Positions 49,847 through 58,932 of a DNA stretch of 58,947 nucleotides are shown here, in pieces. The stretch's first letter is position 1, and the number at the start of each line of letters is the position of its first letter. This stretch comes from Patescibacteria group bacterium (GTDB lineage: Bacteria; Patescibacteriota; Minisyncoccia; Phycocordibacterales; UBA9973). The notes beneath the pieces are model-generated. The model was given only the letters and a program-made list of their open reading frames with translations. It was not told where the DNA came from and made no database searches. The position numbers were made by a program, and so were the translations under genes. The stretch spans positions 1 to 58,947 of the forward strand of contig JBBTYD010000007.1 in assembly GCA_038061925.1 (NCBI GenBank). The letters are read 5' to 3'.

Positions 49847-50737
49847 TTACCCTATTAAGGCTTTAATTCGCTCTTCTGCCGGCGGATGAGTGGCAAAAAA
49901 ACCGCTGATTTTTTTACCAAAACTTGAGCCCTTGGGATCGGAAATATATAAATGCGCAATAGCGCTAGACTGCTGCGTCATTGGTTTACTATATTGAGAA
50001 ATTTTTCGCAACGCATTTGCTAAACCTTCGGGATAGCGAGTGAGTAATGCTCCAGACGCATCTGCTAAAAATTCTCTCTTTCTGGAAATCGCTAATTGAA
50101 TTAAAATGGCAGATAAGGGCGCTAAAATTGAAAGAATAATTCCAATAAGCATCATCCAGCCTCCGCCTTTGTCATTACCCCTGCTCCGACCCATATTGCC
50201 AAAAAATAAATTTCTCCTAAAAATATCCGCCATAATAGTCACAAAACCGACCAGCGTGACAATGACCGTCGAGAGCAACATATCTCGATTACCGACATGG
50301 GAAAGTTCATGCGCCAGGACACCTTCCAACTCTGGCTTATCAAGTATGACGAGAAGTCCAGCCGTTACACACACCACCGCGTGATTTTTATCTCGACCAG
50401 TGGCAAATGCATTTGGCGCTTGATCTGTTATTACATATACCTTTGGCATCGGCAACCCAGCGGTAATAGACAAATTTTCCACACTTGTATATAAATCAAA
50501 ATACTCTCCCCTTTTTGCCTCTTTGGCTCCAGCCAGTTTAAGAACAATTTTATCTGAAAACCAATACGAAAAAAAATTCATCAAAATACTAAAAACAACG
50601 AAAAAGTAAAGAATGTTTGGATTACCGTAATAAATGCTTATGAACCAACCAAAAAGAATAACTGCGACAAAAAATACTGACATAAGTAGCCATGTTTTTG
50701 CGACATTTTTTGATTGTTGGGTGTATAAAGTTGCCAT
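49847..50737 (-). CDS. htpX: M48 zinc metalloprotease HtpX
   Basis: PNAFATG, HELSH, SRKREFLADA, THPP. Confidence 0.93.
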   Translation of the reverse strand: MATLYTQQSKNVAKTWLLMSVFFVAVILFGWFISIYYGNPNILYFFVVFSILMNFFSYWFSDKIVLKLAGAKEAKRGEYFDLYTSVENLSITAGLPMPKVYVITDQAPNAFATGRDKNHAVVCVTAGLLVILDKPELEGVLAHELSHVGNRDMLLSTVIVTLVGFVTIMADIFRRNLFFGNMGRSRGNDKGGGWMMLIGIILSILAPLSAILIQLAISRKREFLADASGALLTRYPEGLANALRKISQYSKPMTQQSSAIAHLYISDPKGSSFGKKISGFFATHPPAEERIKALIG

Positions 50738-51289
50738 TTAGAACTTAACTTTCACCGGATTCTGAGCCACATCATTGTCCGCCAAATCAAAGAATTCTTT
50801 CTTAGAAAAATTGAATATCCCAGCTAAAATGTTTGAAGGGAAAGATTCAATTTTTATATTCAAGTCGCGAACATTCCCATTATAAAACCTGCGCGCCGCT
50901 TGAATTTTATTTTCTGTGTCCGAAAGTTCATTTTGTAAAGCTAAAAAATTTGTGTTGGCTTTAAGATCTGGATAGGCTTCGGCAATAGCAAAAATGGACT
51001 TGAGCGCTCCCGTAAGCATATTTTCGGCTTGTCCCTTATCCGCTAAATTACCCCCCGCCCCCATAGCCAGAGATCGCGCCTTGGTCACATTCTCAAACGC
51101 GCTAGATTCATGCGTAGCATATCCCTTCACGGTATTCACTAAATTGGGAATTAAATCATATCGACGTTTTAACTGGACCTCAATATCCGCCCAAGCTTCC
51201 CCTGCACGGTTCTTGAGAGAAACAAGACCATTAAACACAAAAATTACCCATAAAACCACCACTCCTAAAACTATGAATGTGTAAATCAT
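50738..51289 (-). CDS. lemA: LemA family protein
   Basis: LKRRYDLIPNLV, EAYPDLKAN.NFL.LQ, ARRFYN. Confidence 0.95.
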   Translation of the reverse strand: MIYTFIVLGVVVLWVIFVFNGLVSLKNRAGEAWADIEVQLKRRYDLIPNLVNTVKGYATHESSAFENVTKARSLAMGAGGNLADKGQAENMLTGALKSIFAIAEAYPDLKANTNFLALQNELSDTENKIQAARRFYNGNVRDLNIKIESFPSNILAGIFNFSKKEFFDLADNDVAQNPVKVKF

Positions 51290-51323
51290 ATCTTGATTAT
51301 ATCACAAAAAACAAAAAAGCAAG

Positions 51324-52217
51324 TTATTTTTTCTTTTGCCACTCTTCCACCCATACTAAAAGTGGCGAGGCAAAGAAAAGCGATGAGTAAATTCCAAAGA
51401 AAAGACCAATGGTTAAAATAAGCGCGAAATTTTTGGTCGTTTCTGGTCCAAACAAATAAAGTGGCACAAGCACGAAAATAATCGTGAGAGTAATATTAAT
51501 CGAACGGACAATAGTTTGGCTAGTGCTTCGACCGATGGTCTCCCTAAAATCCTTTTTGTCTCCCGCGCTTAAATTCTCTCTCACTCTATCAAAAACAACA
51601 ATCTTATCATGAACAGACAAACCTAAAATAGTCAAGAGCGCCAAGACAAAGAGCGTATCAATTTCAGCGCCGGTATAATGGGAGAATAGGGCGAAGATTC
51701 CCGTTGGTATAATAATGTCATGAAGAAGAGTAATGATTGTGATGATTCCATATTTCCAAGATGAAACTGGTTTTGAAACTTTACGAAAAGCGTAAGTGAT
51801 AAAAAGAATAATTGCGATAAAAACAAAAATGATGGAAAGAATTGCTTTATGGGCAAGCTCGCTTCCGACTGAAGGACCGATGGAAGTAAAACCTTTCTCG
51901 GAAACAGGATATTTGCCTTTTAGGGATAATGATTGAGAAAGTGTCTCGTGTTCTAATTCGTTTAAATCGCGAGTTTTAATGAGATAACCCGATTCTCCAG
52001 TCGGTTGAATAAGCGCTTGATTTATATTAAGCGTCTTAATTGCATTCTCCAGCAATGATACGTCCGGACGACCGCTCGGGTAATTTACCTCAAGCAAAGC
52101 GCCTCCTTTAAAATCAATCCCAAGCTTTAAACCAAAAGTAAAAATAAAAACAACCGAAATAAGAACTAGAATAACTGACAAGGAAAGAAATATTTTTTTG
52201 TGTTTGATTATAAACAT
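51324..52217 (-). CDS. secF: Protein translocase subunit SecF
   Basis: LGIDFKGG, SIGPSVG, SVHDKIVVFDRVRE. Confidence 0.95.
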   Translation of the reverse strand: MFIIKHKKIFLSLSVILVLISVVFIFTFGLKLGIDFKGGALLEVNYPSGRPDVSLLENAIKTLNINQALIQPTGESGYLIKTRDLNELEHETLSQSLSLKGKYPVSEKGFTSIGPSVGSELAHKAILSIIFVFIAIILFITYAFRKVSKPVSSWKYGIITIITLLHDIIIPTGIFALFSHYTGAEIDTLFVLALLTILGLSVHDKIVVFDRVRENLSAGDKKDFRETIGRSTSQTIVRSINITLTIIFVLVPLYLFGPETTKNFALILTIGLFFGIYSSLFFASPLLVWVEEWQKKK

Positions 52218-52224
52218 ATTATTT

Positions 52225-53610
52225 TTATTGATTATTTTTTATGTTCTGAATTGATGAAAAACCGCTACTAAAAAGGAATCTGGTAAAGCGGTTACTCTTA
52301 TTGATACCGAGAGCAAAAAGAAATATTCGAGAAACAGTAATAGCGGAAAACATTGAAACCAAGACACCTAAACCAAAGGTTAGCGCAAAACCTTTTATAA
52401 GCGGGGTGCCAAGCCAAAATAAAATAATGGAAGTGATGATACTTGAAGTGTTTGAGTCTCGGACCGACGTCCAAGCTCTTTTGAAACCATTATGAATACC
52501 ATCATCGATATTATTTCCTTTTCTGATTTCCTCTTTCATTCTTTCAAAAATAAGCACATTTGCGTCAACCGCCATTCCAAGCGAGATAATAAATCCACCG
52601 ATTCCAGCGGCGGTCAAAGTGACAGGCAGGAGTTTGAAAATAGCCAAAAGAATTGCTGTGTAAAAGAAAAGCGCCAGGACGGCGATAAGACCGGGCAAAC
52701 GATACCAAAAAATGAGGAAGAGAGCCACCAATAAGAATCCTATAATTGCGGCTTTCACTCCAGCTTTCACGGCGGACTCCCCTAAAGTGGCGCCAATAGT
52801 TTGCGTGGAAAGAAGAGTGATAGGCACTGGAAGGGCGCCTGAATTTAATCTGCCAACTAACAGTTTTGCTTCATTGGGGGTAAAATTGCCGGAAATAACC
52901 GCTTGACCATTTGGAATTTCTTCCCGGACTACCGGGGTGGATACTGGCGCGCCGTCTAGGTAAATAGCCACCATTTTACCTATATTATCTTTAGTAATCT
53001 GCGCAAAAAGTTTTGTCCCTGTATTATTAAATTGCAAACTCACTTTTGGTTCACGAGTATTCTGGTCAAATTCTAAAGTCGCTTTTTGTAAGTACCTGCC
53101 AGTAAGTTCGGTCGAAATAAACTGAGAACTTACATCCAAAGTTACTTTGCCGTTTTTATCCACCGTCGCATTTTGCGGAGCGTCTTGGGGAGCTTCAGTT
53201 TTAAATTCTAGAATCGGGGTTTGTCCAATCATTTCTATCGCTTTTTTTATATCGGTCACTCCCGGAAGATCAACTATCAATTTTTCTCCGCCACCAGAAA
53301 TAAGTCCGCCACGCTCCACTTGCACAACTGGCTCAGAAACTCCAAAAAGATTTATCCGTCGTTCAATTACATCACGAAGCGCATTCATTGAACTTCCAAC
53401 CTCACTAGACGGTACAGCGCCAATATCAGCTTTATATATGAGGTGACTGCCTCCAGATAAATCTAAGCCCAAGCGAAAAGGGAATTTCTTAAAGAAAGCT
53501 TTTTGCGTCTCAAAATTTTTATTCAATTTAAGCTCAGTCTTAAAAACAAAAAAAGCCACGCCAAAGCCAAAAATAAGTATTATAAAAGCCAAAATTATTC
53601 TTTTCTTCAT
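52225..53610 (-). CDS. secD: Protein translocase subunit SecD
   Basis: LGLDLSGG, IERRIN.FGVSEP, GMAVDANVLIFER. Confidence 0.96.
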   Translation of the reverse strand: MKKRIILAFIILIFGFGVAFFVFKTELKLNKNFETQKAFFKKFPFRLGLDLSGGSHLIYKADIGAVPSSEVGSSMNALRDVIERRINLFGVSEPVVQVERGGLISGGGEKLIVDLPGVTDIKKAIEMIGQTPILEFKTEAPQDAPQNATVDKNGKVTLDVSSQFISTELTGRYLQKATLEFDQNTREPKVSLQFNNTGTKLFAQITKDNIGKMVAIYLDGAPVSTPVVREEIPNGQAVISGNFTPNEAKLLVGRLNSGALPVPITLLSTQTIGATLGESAVKAGVKAAIIGFLLVALFLIFWYRLPGLIAVLALFFYTAILLAIFKLLPVTLTAAGIGGFIISLGMAVDANVLIFERMKEEIRKGNNIDDGIHNGFKRAWTSVRDSNTSSIITSIILFWLGTPLIKGFALTFGLGVLVSMFSAITVSRIFLFALGINKSNRFTRFLFSSGFSSIQNIKNNQ

Positions 53611-53655
53611 AAAGATACAAATATACTATACATTTTTAAAAAAATAAGCAAATTC

Positions 53656-53674
53656 AGCTAGGCCTTGCCTAGCT
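53656..53674. repeat. Copy of the RAYT-flanking REP containing the PAP2 gene stop
   Basis: AGCTAGGCCTTGCCTAGCT. Confidence 0.88.
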
Positions 53675-54166
53675 AGTTTTAACAAAATATCTTACAAGAT
53701 AAACTATAAAAGCACCTAATACAAACCCACCCAATATATCAATCGGAAAATGGATTCCAACGATAATGCGCGCCAGACCGATTAAGAGAGCAAAAAAAAT
53801 AAAAATATAGCCAATTTTTTTATCCAGAAAGAAAAGTGATACAGCCAAGGCCGAAAAAAGTGTTGCGTGCCCAGAAGGAAAAGCATACCCGATTTCCAGA
53901 AAAAGCGGATGAACATTGGCGAGCGTTAAAAATGGTCGTGAAGCATGAATTAAATATTTCAACAATAAATCAATAAACACAGCCAGACCTCCGGAAAAAA
54001 ATACCAGAAATAATTCTCGCCAATTTTTACGACAGAAAAGTAAAAATAATCCCGCCATTAAAATCACTAAATAGGGAAAATAAACAGCTAAAAAAACAAC
54101 TACTTTATCAAAAAATTGTGAGTGATGCGCTAAATTATAAAAGAAGTAAAAAATTGTTTCGTTCAT
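53669..54166 (-). CDS. PAP2-family phosphatase (undecaprenyl-PP phosphatase-like)
   Basis: K...ASRP, FPSGHA, ARIIVGIHFPIDILGG. Confidence 0.88.
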   Translation of the reverse strand: MNETIFYFFYNLAHHSQFFDKVVVFLAVYFPYLVILMAGLFLLFCRKNWRELFLVFFSGGLAVFIDLLLKYLIHASRPFLTLANVHPLFLEIGYAFPSGHATLFSALAVSLFFLDKKIGYIFIFFALLIGLARIIVGIHFPIDILGGFVLGAFIVYLVRYFVKTS

Positions 54167-55056
54167 ATATTTGATTTAGCAAAATCATCCCGAGCTTTGT
54201 TGAGGGACTTCGCCACTTTTAATACATTATTAAAAAGCATCGCGACGGTTACTGGCCCAACTCCTCCAGGAACGGGAGAGACGAAACCAGCCACGTTTTT
54301 TACAGATTCCAAATCAACGTCACCAACTATATTTTTCCGATTATCTAAAGAACTATTTTTTTCCTCTGAAGTACCCGCGTCTATTAAAACTGCCCCTGAC
54401 TTAATTATATTGCCGGTAATATATTTTCCCTTTCCCATACCTGAAATCACAACATCCGCTCGTTGTAAAAGATATTCCTTATTTTCCGTCTTGCTTGTAA
54501 TCGTAAGATAAGTCAAGCCTCGATAACGCAAAAGCGCCGCGGTTGGTTTGCCCACCAATTCTCCTTGTCCTAAAACAACTATAATCTTCCCTTTAAAATC
54601 TAAATTGAGAGAATCAAGAAGCGCCATACAGGCAAGCGCTGTAGGATATCCTAAATCTGTTTGACTATCATAGTTATTATAAAATTTCTCACTGGCTACG
54701 AGCCCTAAACAATCAACATCCAAACGCGGATCGATGCTTTCAAGTATCGCTCTTTTATCAATTGATCCCGGCAATGGAAGCTGGACAATAATTCCGCACA
54801 TATTCTCTATTTTATTTAAAACCTTTATTTCTTTTATTAAATCATTTGTTGATATGGAGGCTGGGAAAGTTGCTTTGTGAAAATGAATACCCATTATTTC
54901 GGCAGTTTTTGCTTTCATCTCCACATACTGGAGAGATGCGGGATCATCACCCACCAGCACATCGCAAAAAATTGGCGTAAAAGAAAGAGCGGCAACTTCT
55001 TTTTTTACTTTAGATAATATTTCCCCGCGTATTTTTTTTCCGTCAATTATTTGCAT
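54163..55056 (-). CDS. folD: Methylene-THF dehydrogenase/cyclohydrolase
   Basis: GIIVQLPLP, LIDAGTS, VGDVD, SPVPGGVGPVTVAML. Confidence 0.93.
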   Translation of the reverse strand: MQIIDGKKIRGEILSKVKKEVAALSFTPIFCDVLVGDDPASLQYVEMKAKTAEIMGIHFHKATFPASISTNDLIKEIKVLNKIENMCGIIVQLPLPGSIDKRAILESIDPRLDVDCLGLVASEKFYNNYDSQTDLGYPTALACMALLDSLNLDFKGKIIVVLGQGELVGKPTAALLRYRGLTYLTITSKTENKEYLLQRADVVISGMGKGKYITGNIIKSGAVLIDAGTSEEKNSSLDNRKNIVGDVDLESVKNVAGFVSPVPGGVGPVTVAMLFNNVLKVAKSLNKARDDFAKSNI

Positions 55057-55059
55057 AAA

Positions 55060-56190
55060 TTAGACTCCCAGAAACTCATTCTTTGTGTCATCTCGATGCA
55101 CAGGTCTCGCATATCTTCTCATGCTCATCAAAATTCCTAAACCGGCAAATTCAAATAAAAGATGTGAACCGCCATAACTCATAAATGGCAATGGTATACC
55201 AGTTACCGGCATCAATCCCAGATTCATACCGATATTTACGAGTATATGACTCATAAAAAAAATAGCAATACCCATGCTAAAAAGCATTTCAAAATTATAT
55301 GCTCCGAGAGTGGCAAAAGAGAGAATCCTCCAAATAACCAGCAAAAAAAGCAAAAGAACTAAGGAAGAACCAATGAAGCCCCACTCTTCGGCATACGCAG
55401 CGAAAACAAAATCAGCCTGAGGTTGGGGTAAAAATTTCAACCGTGACTGCGTGCCAAAACCAAGACCCTTACCAATAATTTCTCCAGAACCCACCGCTAT
55501 CGTAGATTGAAATGCGTTATAGCCTGTTCCCTGAATATCAGTGAGTGGATGAATAAAATTAAGAATACGAGCTTTCTGATATGGCGCAAAAACCAACAAC
55601 CAGAACGTTGCAAAAATTATAATGCCAGAGGCCAGAACAGCGAATAAATGCATTTTAGAAATTCCAGAGACAAGCACCATCCCAAGCCAGATAAAACCGA
55701 TAATCATCGCCGAACCAAAATCAGGTTGAAACAATACTAAGACAAAAGGCGCAAATGCGTAAAAACCAGAAATAAAAATATGTTTTATGTCTCTAATCTC
55801 CACGTGACGACGAGAAAAATACTTCGCTAAAATAAGGACTAATACTAGCTTCATCATATCAACCGGCTGAAAAGAAAAAAGGCCAAGGTTAAACCAACTT
55901 TTAGCGCCATGGGAAACATTCCCTAAAATAAAAAGTAAAAGTAAAATACCAGAGCTAAAAAGATACAACGCTATCAGTACAGAGGAACGCTTAAGAAAAC
56001 TAAAATCTATAAAAGAAAAAATAAAAAAAACAGCAAAACCTATCAAAATCCAAATAATCTGTTTATTAAAAAAATCTCCGGTAACCTCTAGGGGCGCAAA
56101 ACTCTTCATCGTGACAAGCCCAGCAATAACTAAAGGAAGTATAAAAAAAACTAGAAGCCAATCTATTCGATTAAAAGCTTTTTTTACCAT
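55060..56190 (-). CDS. rodA: SEDS peptidoglycan polymerase (RodA)
   Basis: GAKSW, QPDFGSAM, GYNAFQSTIAVGSG, LPFMSYGGS. Confidence 0.88.
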   Translation of the reverse strand: MVKKAFNRIDWLLVFFILPLVIAGLVTMKSFAPLEVTGDFFNKQIIWILIGFAVFFIFSFIDFSFLKRSSVLIALYLFSSGILLLLFILGNVSHGAKSWFNLGLFSFQPVDMMKLVLVLILAKYFSRRHVEIRDIKHIFISGFYAFAPFVLVLFQPDFGSAMIIGFIWLGMVLVSGISKMHLFAVLASGIIIFATFWLLVFAPYQKARILNFIHPLTDIQGTGYNAFQSTIAVGSGEIIGKGLGFGTQSRLKFLPQPQADFVFAAYAEEWGFIGSSLVLLLFLLVIWRILSFATLGAYNFEMLFSMGIAIFFMSHILVNIGMNLGLMPVTGIPLPFMSYGGSHLLFEFAGLGILMSMRRYARPVHRDDTKNEFLGV

Positions 56191-56193
56191 ATC

Positions 56194-56976
56194 TTATTTT
56201 AATTGCACCGATAAAATGTTATATAGGGGAATTATTTCTTTAACAATGACTTTGGAGGACATTGGTTCTGGCCAAGTAAAATTAACATCTCTGCTCTCTT
56301 CCCCCACGAGAGTTTGCAAATAAGTACTACTGACAGAAACAGCGTTATGATTCGCATCATATAGAATAGCCACTACATTCATCTTCGGAATAGCAAAGAA
56401 AGAATTATTTTTTATTGTAGCGGAAAGTGTTGGACTTGTGTCTTCATTAGCAAGAGTTATATTTGAAACTGACACTTGCAATTGATTAATTTTTTCTTGG
56501 GAAACTTGAATCCACCGTGGTATTTGCGTAAACTCAAAAGTGGTATAAACGGGGATAGAATTCCCGATATCTATGCCGGGCTCAAAAATGGCAATCTTCC
56601 CTCCGGGGGGAATAAAAGTGTTACCTTCACGCTTGCCTATATAAATATTATTTGCGTCAGCAAAACGAAATTTATAATTTATTTTTTCGAGAGCGGCATT
56701 TTTATTATGATTTTCAAGATAGGCAACAGCATTATAGCGCCCTGGAATAATTTTAAAGGCGCGAGTCCAAAGAACTGAAATCGCATCCACTTGCGTCAGA
56801 CACGCCTCAGCGCAAAATCCTCCACAATCTACACCCGTCTCAGTTCCATTTTGCTTGTTATCTGTGCAACTTGGCGCTTTGTTTAGACTTGGATAAGATA
56901 TTAAGTATCCAAATACTGTCAAAAATAAAACGAGCGCAAACACATAAAAAATTTGTCTCCGAAAAGCCCAAGTCAT
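56194..56976 (-). CDS. Hypothetical membrane-anchored protein with a Cys-rich D..QNG.ETGVDCGG.C repeat
   Basis: TM helix, SCTDNKQNGTETGVDCGGFC, then beta-rich domains. Confidence 0.7.
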   Translation of the reverse strand: MTWAFRRQIFYVFALVLFLTVFGYLISYPSLNKAPSCTDNKQNGTETGVDCGGFCAEACLTQVDAISVLWTRAFKIIPGRYNAVAYLENHNKNAALEKINYKFRFADANNIYIGKREGNTFIPPGGKIAIFEPGIDIGNSIPVYTTFEFTQIPRWIQVSQEKINQLQVSVSNITLANEDTSPTLSATIKNNSFFAIPKMNVVAILYDANHNAVSVSSTYLQTLVGEESRDVNFTWPEPMSSKVIVKEIIPLYNILSVQLK

Positions 56977-56999
56977 AAGAACATTGTAACATTAAAAAC

Positions 57000-57034
57000 T
57001 CAAGAAACCAGTAATCACTTACCGGTTTCTTTGA
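57000..57034 (-). terminator. Putative terminator after 5S rRNA
   Basis: AAGAAACC...GGTTTCTT stem. Confidence 0.5.
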
Positions 57035-57044
57035 ATCAAGTGCT

Positions 57045-57158
<114 letters not shown>

Positions 57159-57171
57159 AAAACTCAATTCG

Positions 57172-57192
57172 TCCATAGGCCTTGCCTATGGA
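57172..57192. repeat. REP variant in the 23S-5S spacer
   Basis: TCCATAGGCCTTGCCTATGGA. Confidence 0.8.
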
Positions 57193-57378
57193 TTTTACTT
57201 AATTTTTATATATTGAAAACTGAGTTTTAGGCTTCGGCTTAAAAGTTTAAAAAACCAAAAGCCGAAGAATAAAAGATAGCGCTCCGCGAGGATAATCCTC
57301 TCTATGTGGCCAACCCCAAATAGGCTCTCCACAGAGCACGGAGCGCAAGACAAAGAGCAATTTGGGAGCGTATGCATT

Positions 57379-57444
57379 GTAAAGTCCCGCTTTACATTAA
57401 TACACAGCCAGTATGTAATCGTAAAGTCCCGCTTTACATTAATA
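57379..57444. repeat. Two direct copies of a 24-bp palindrome-containing unit
   Basis: GTAAAGTCCCGCTTTACATTAATA at 57379 and 57421. Confidence 0.85.
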
Positions 57445-57529
57445 TACACACCTTCCCCAAAACTCAATTCTCAATATTGTTTTTCCCGCCTCCACCGAAA
57501 TTTCGGCGAGGCAAGTGTGATTTCCAAAT

Positions 57530-57759
57530 TTCTTAACAGGAATCGAAACATTAGTACTTCTCAGCTCAAGCGATTACTCGCCTTACACTTAAAGCCTATC
57601 AACGTGATCATCTCTCACGGTTCTTAACGATTCCTAATCTTAAAGCTGGCTTCCCTCTTAGATGCTTTCAGAGGTTATCCATTCCCGACATAGTTACCGA
57701 GCAGTGCCCTTGGCAGGACAGCTCGCACGCCAGAGGTCAGTTCACTTCGGTCCTCTCGT
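57530..57759 (-). rRNA. rrl: 23S rRNA 3' exon (about E. coli 2657 to the 3' end; end approximate)
   Basis: CATTAGTAC, CCTATCAACGT, TTAGATGCTTTCAG and CGGTCCTCTCGT match the 23S reverse complement. Confidence 0.93.
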
Positions 57760-57925
57760 CACATATTTCCCCTATTTCTAGGAGTGCAGACTATATCTTC
57801 ATCCTTCGACAAGCTTAGGATAAATCCTTTACTTATCGGGAGGATGTTGGCGTATTACAAGCATAAGCCTGTTTCAAAAAACTTTCCAGCGTTATGCAAG
57901 TCCTCCGACCTGAGTCGGAGAGTCG

Positions 57926-58405
57926 TTACGGGGTCAAATTTAAAATCTTATACAATTCGTTTTTTGTTTTCTTCTTTTTAGTAATATAATTTTCACTTTG
58001 AATAAGTAAAATGAGATTAACAAGTTTAACCAATTGCTTTTTTGTTAGCTTTTGAAATTTCGTACCAGATAATATCCCACACGCTTGTAAAAGCGCATGA
58101 GCTTGAAGTTTTTTGAATTTGATATATGGCAATAAATTTTTAAGAATATTTCTTATTTGTTTATAACCATTTATTCGCAGTTCGGTCATTCCATCATTTC
58201 TTTTGGAAATATAACCAATTCCTAAAACTTCCTTTATCCAATACAAAGTCTTTTCGTGCCTAGTATCTTGATAGAAACAAATTGTAGTCATAAAACGAAT
58301 TGCTCGTTTACTATCGCTTCGCTTTTTCAGCTGAAGCATTAGACTACCATCTCCATCAAGAAAACCGGCAATATAAGCTAATTTGATTTTAGATTGACTT
58401 CCCAC
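57926..58405 (-). CDS. Intron-encoded single-motif LAGLIDADG homing endonuclease
   Basis: AYIAGFLDGDGS; LLPYIKFKKLQA; stop codon abuts the R element. Confidence 0.93.
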   Translation of the reverse strand: MGSQSKIKLAYIAGFLDGDGSLMLQLKKRSDSKRAIRFMTTICFYQDTRHEKTLYWIKEVLGIGYISKRNDGMTELRINGYKQIRNILKNLLPYIKFKKLQAHALLQACGILSGTKFQKLTKKQLVKLVNLILLIQSENYITKKKKTKNELYKILNLTP

Positions 58406-58411
58406 GGTATT

Positions 58412-58420
58412 ATCTTACCA
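58412..58420 (-). promoter_or_regulatory. Extended -10 box inside the intron, 6 nt before the LAGLIDADG GTG
   Basis: TGG-TAAGAT-AATACC-GTG. Confidence 0.55.
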
Positions 58421-58568
58421 CATTTCTGGTCCTCAAGCGAATCATAATACCAAAGACCGTTCAGTATTATTTTTCATCGAACTAGAGACATTGATGAAGA
58501 CTCCACCGTTATTAGCCACATTGTCATCATAAATTTCTTTATGAAGTAGCAAGGACCCTCTCGGGTCT

Positions 58569-58631
58569 ACTAGAAGCAAATCTTTTCAAGAATCAACGAG
58601 TGCAGTAGATAGGAGACCAACCTGTCTCACG
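58569..58631 (-). rRNA. rrl: 23S rRNA internal exon (E. coli 2594-2656)
   Basis: 63 nt, the same length as the E. coli segment; CGTGAGACAG...CTAGT. Confidence 0.93.
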
Positions 58632-58932
58632 CATGATTTCACAAATTACTTTGTGCATTGGACTATACTTTCTCTGACATAAGATCAGAGGTCGGTTTGT
58701 AGTCTCTACAAAGAAAATTAAAATTTTCTTCTCGATATCATCCTATCAGTGTTAGTGATATGGGATTTCATCGAAAACCCCGACTTAATTCTCATAATTA
58801 AACAAGAACCGCCGTGATTTGATTGGTTCTATCTTTCAATTTCATAAACAAAAACAATTTAAATAACATAAGTTTCAACTTTCCTCTGAGGATTCAAACT
58901 GTACTTCAGCCGAAATAAATTTCCGCTTCAGT
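58632..58932 (-). mobile_element. ORF-less group I intron (301 nt) after U2593
   Basis: Exons join as CAGACCGT|CGTGAGACAG; terminal G; R element GTAGAGACTA and S element AAGTATAGTCC. The canonical U.G pair in P1 was not clearly found. Confidence 0.85.

Larger units (their letters stand above)
57760..58568 (-). mobile_element. Group I intron (809 nt) in the sarcin-ricin loop, after U2656 (E. coli numbering)
   Basis: Exons join as CTAGT|ACGAGAGGACC; 5' exon ends in U and the intron ends in G; P1 TAGT/GCTA with U.G; P10 GGTCCT/AGGACC; R element AACGACT and S element AAGATATAGTC. Confidence 0.9.

Noticed and set aside
57195-57981. ORFs 57195-57467, 57304-57627 and 57784-57981
   Set aside because: They overlap the rRNA spacer, 23S exon or intron core and have no protein motifs.
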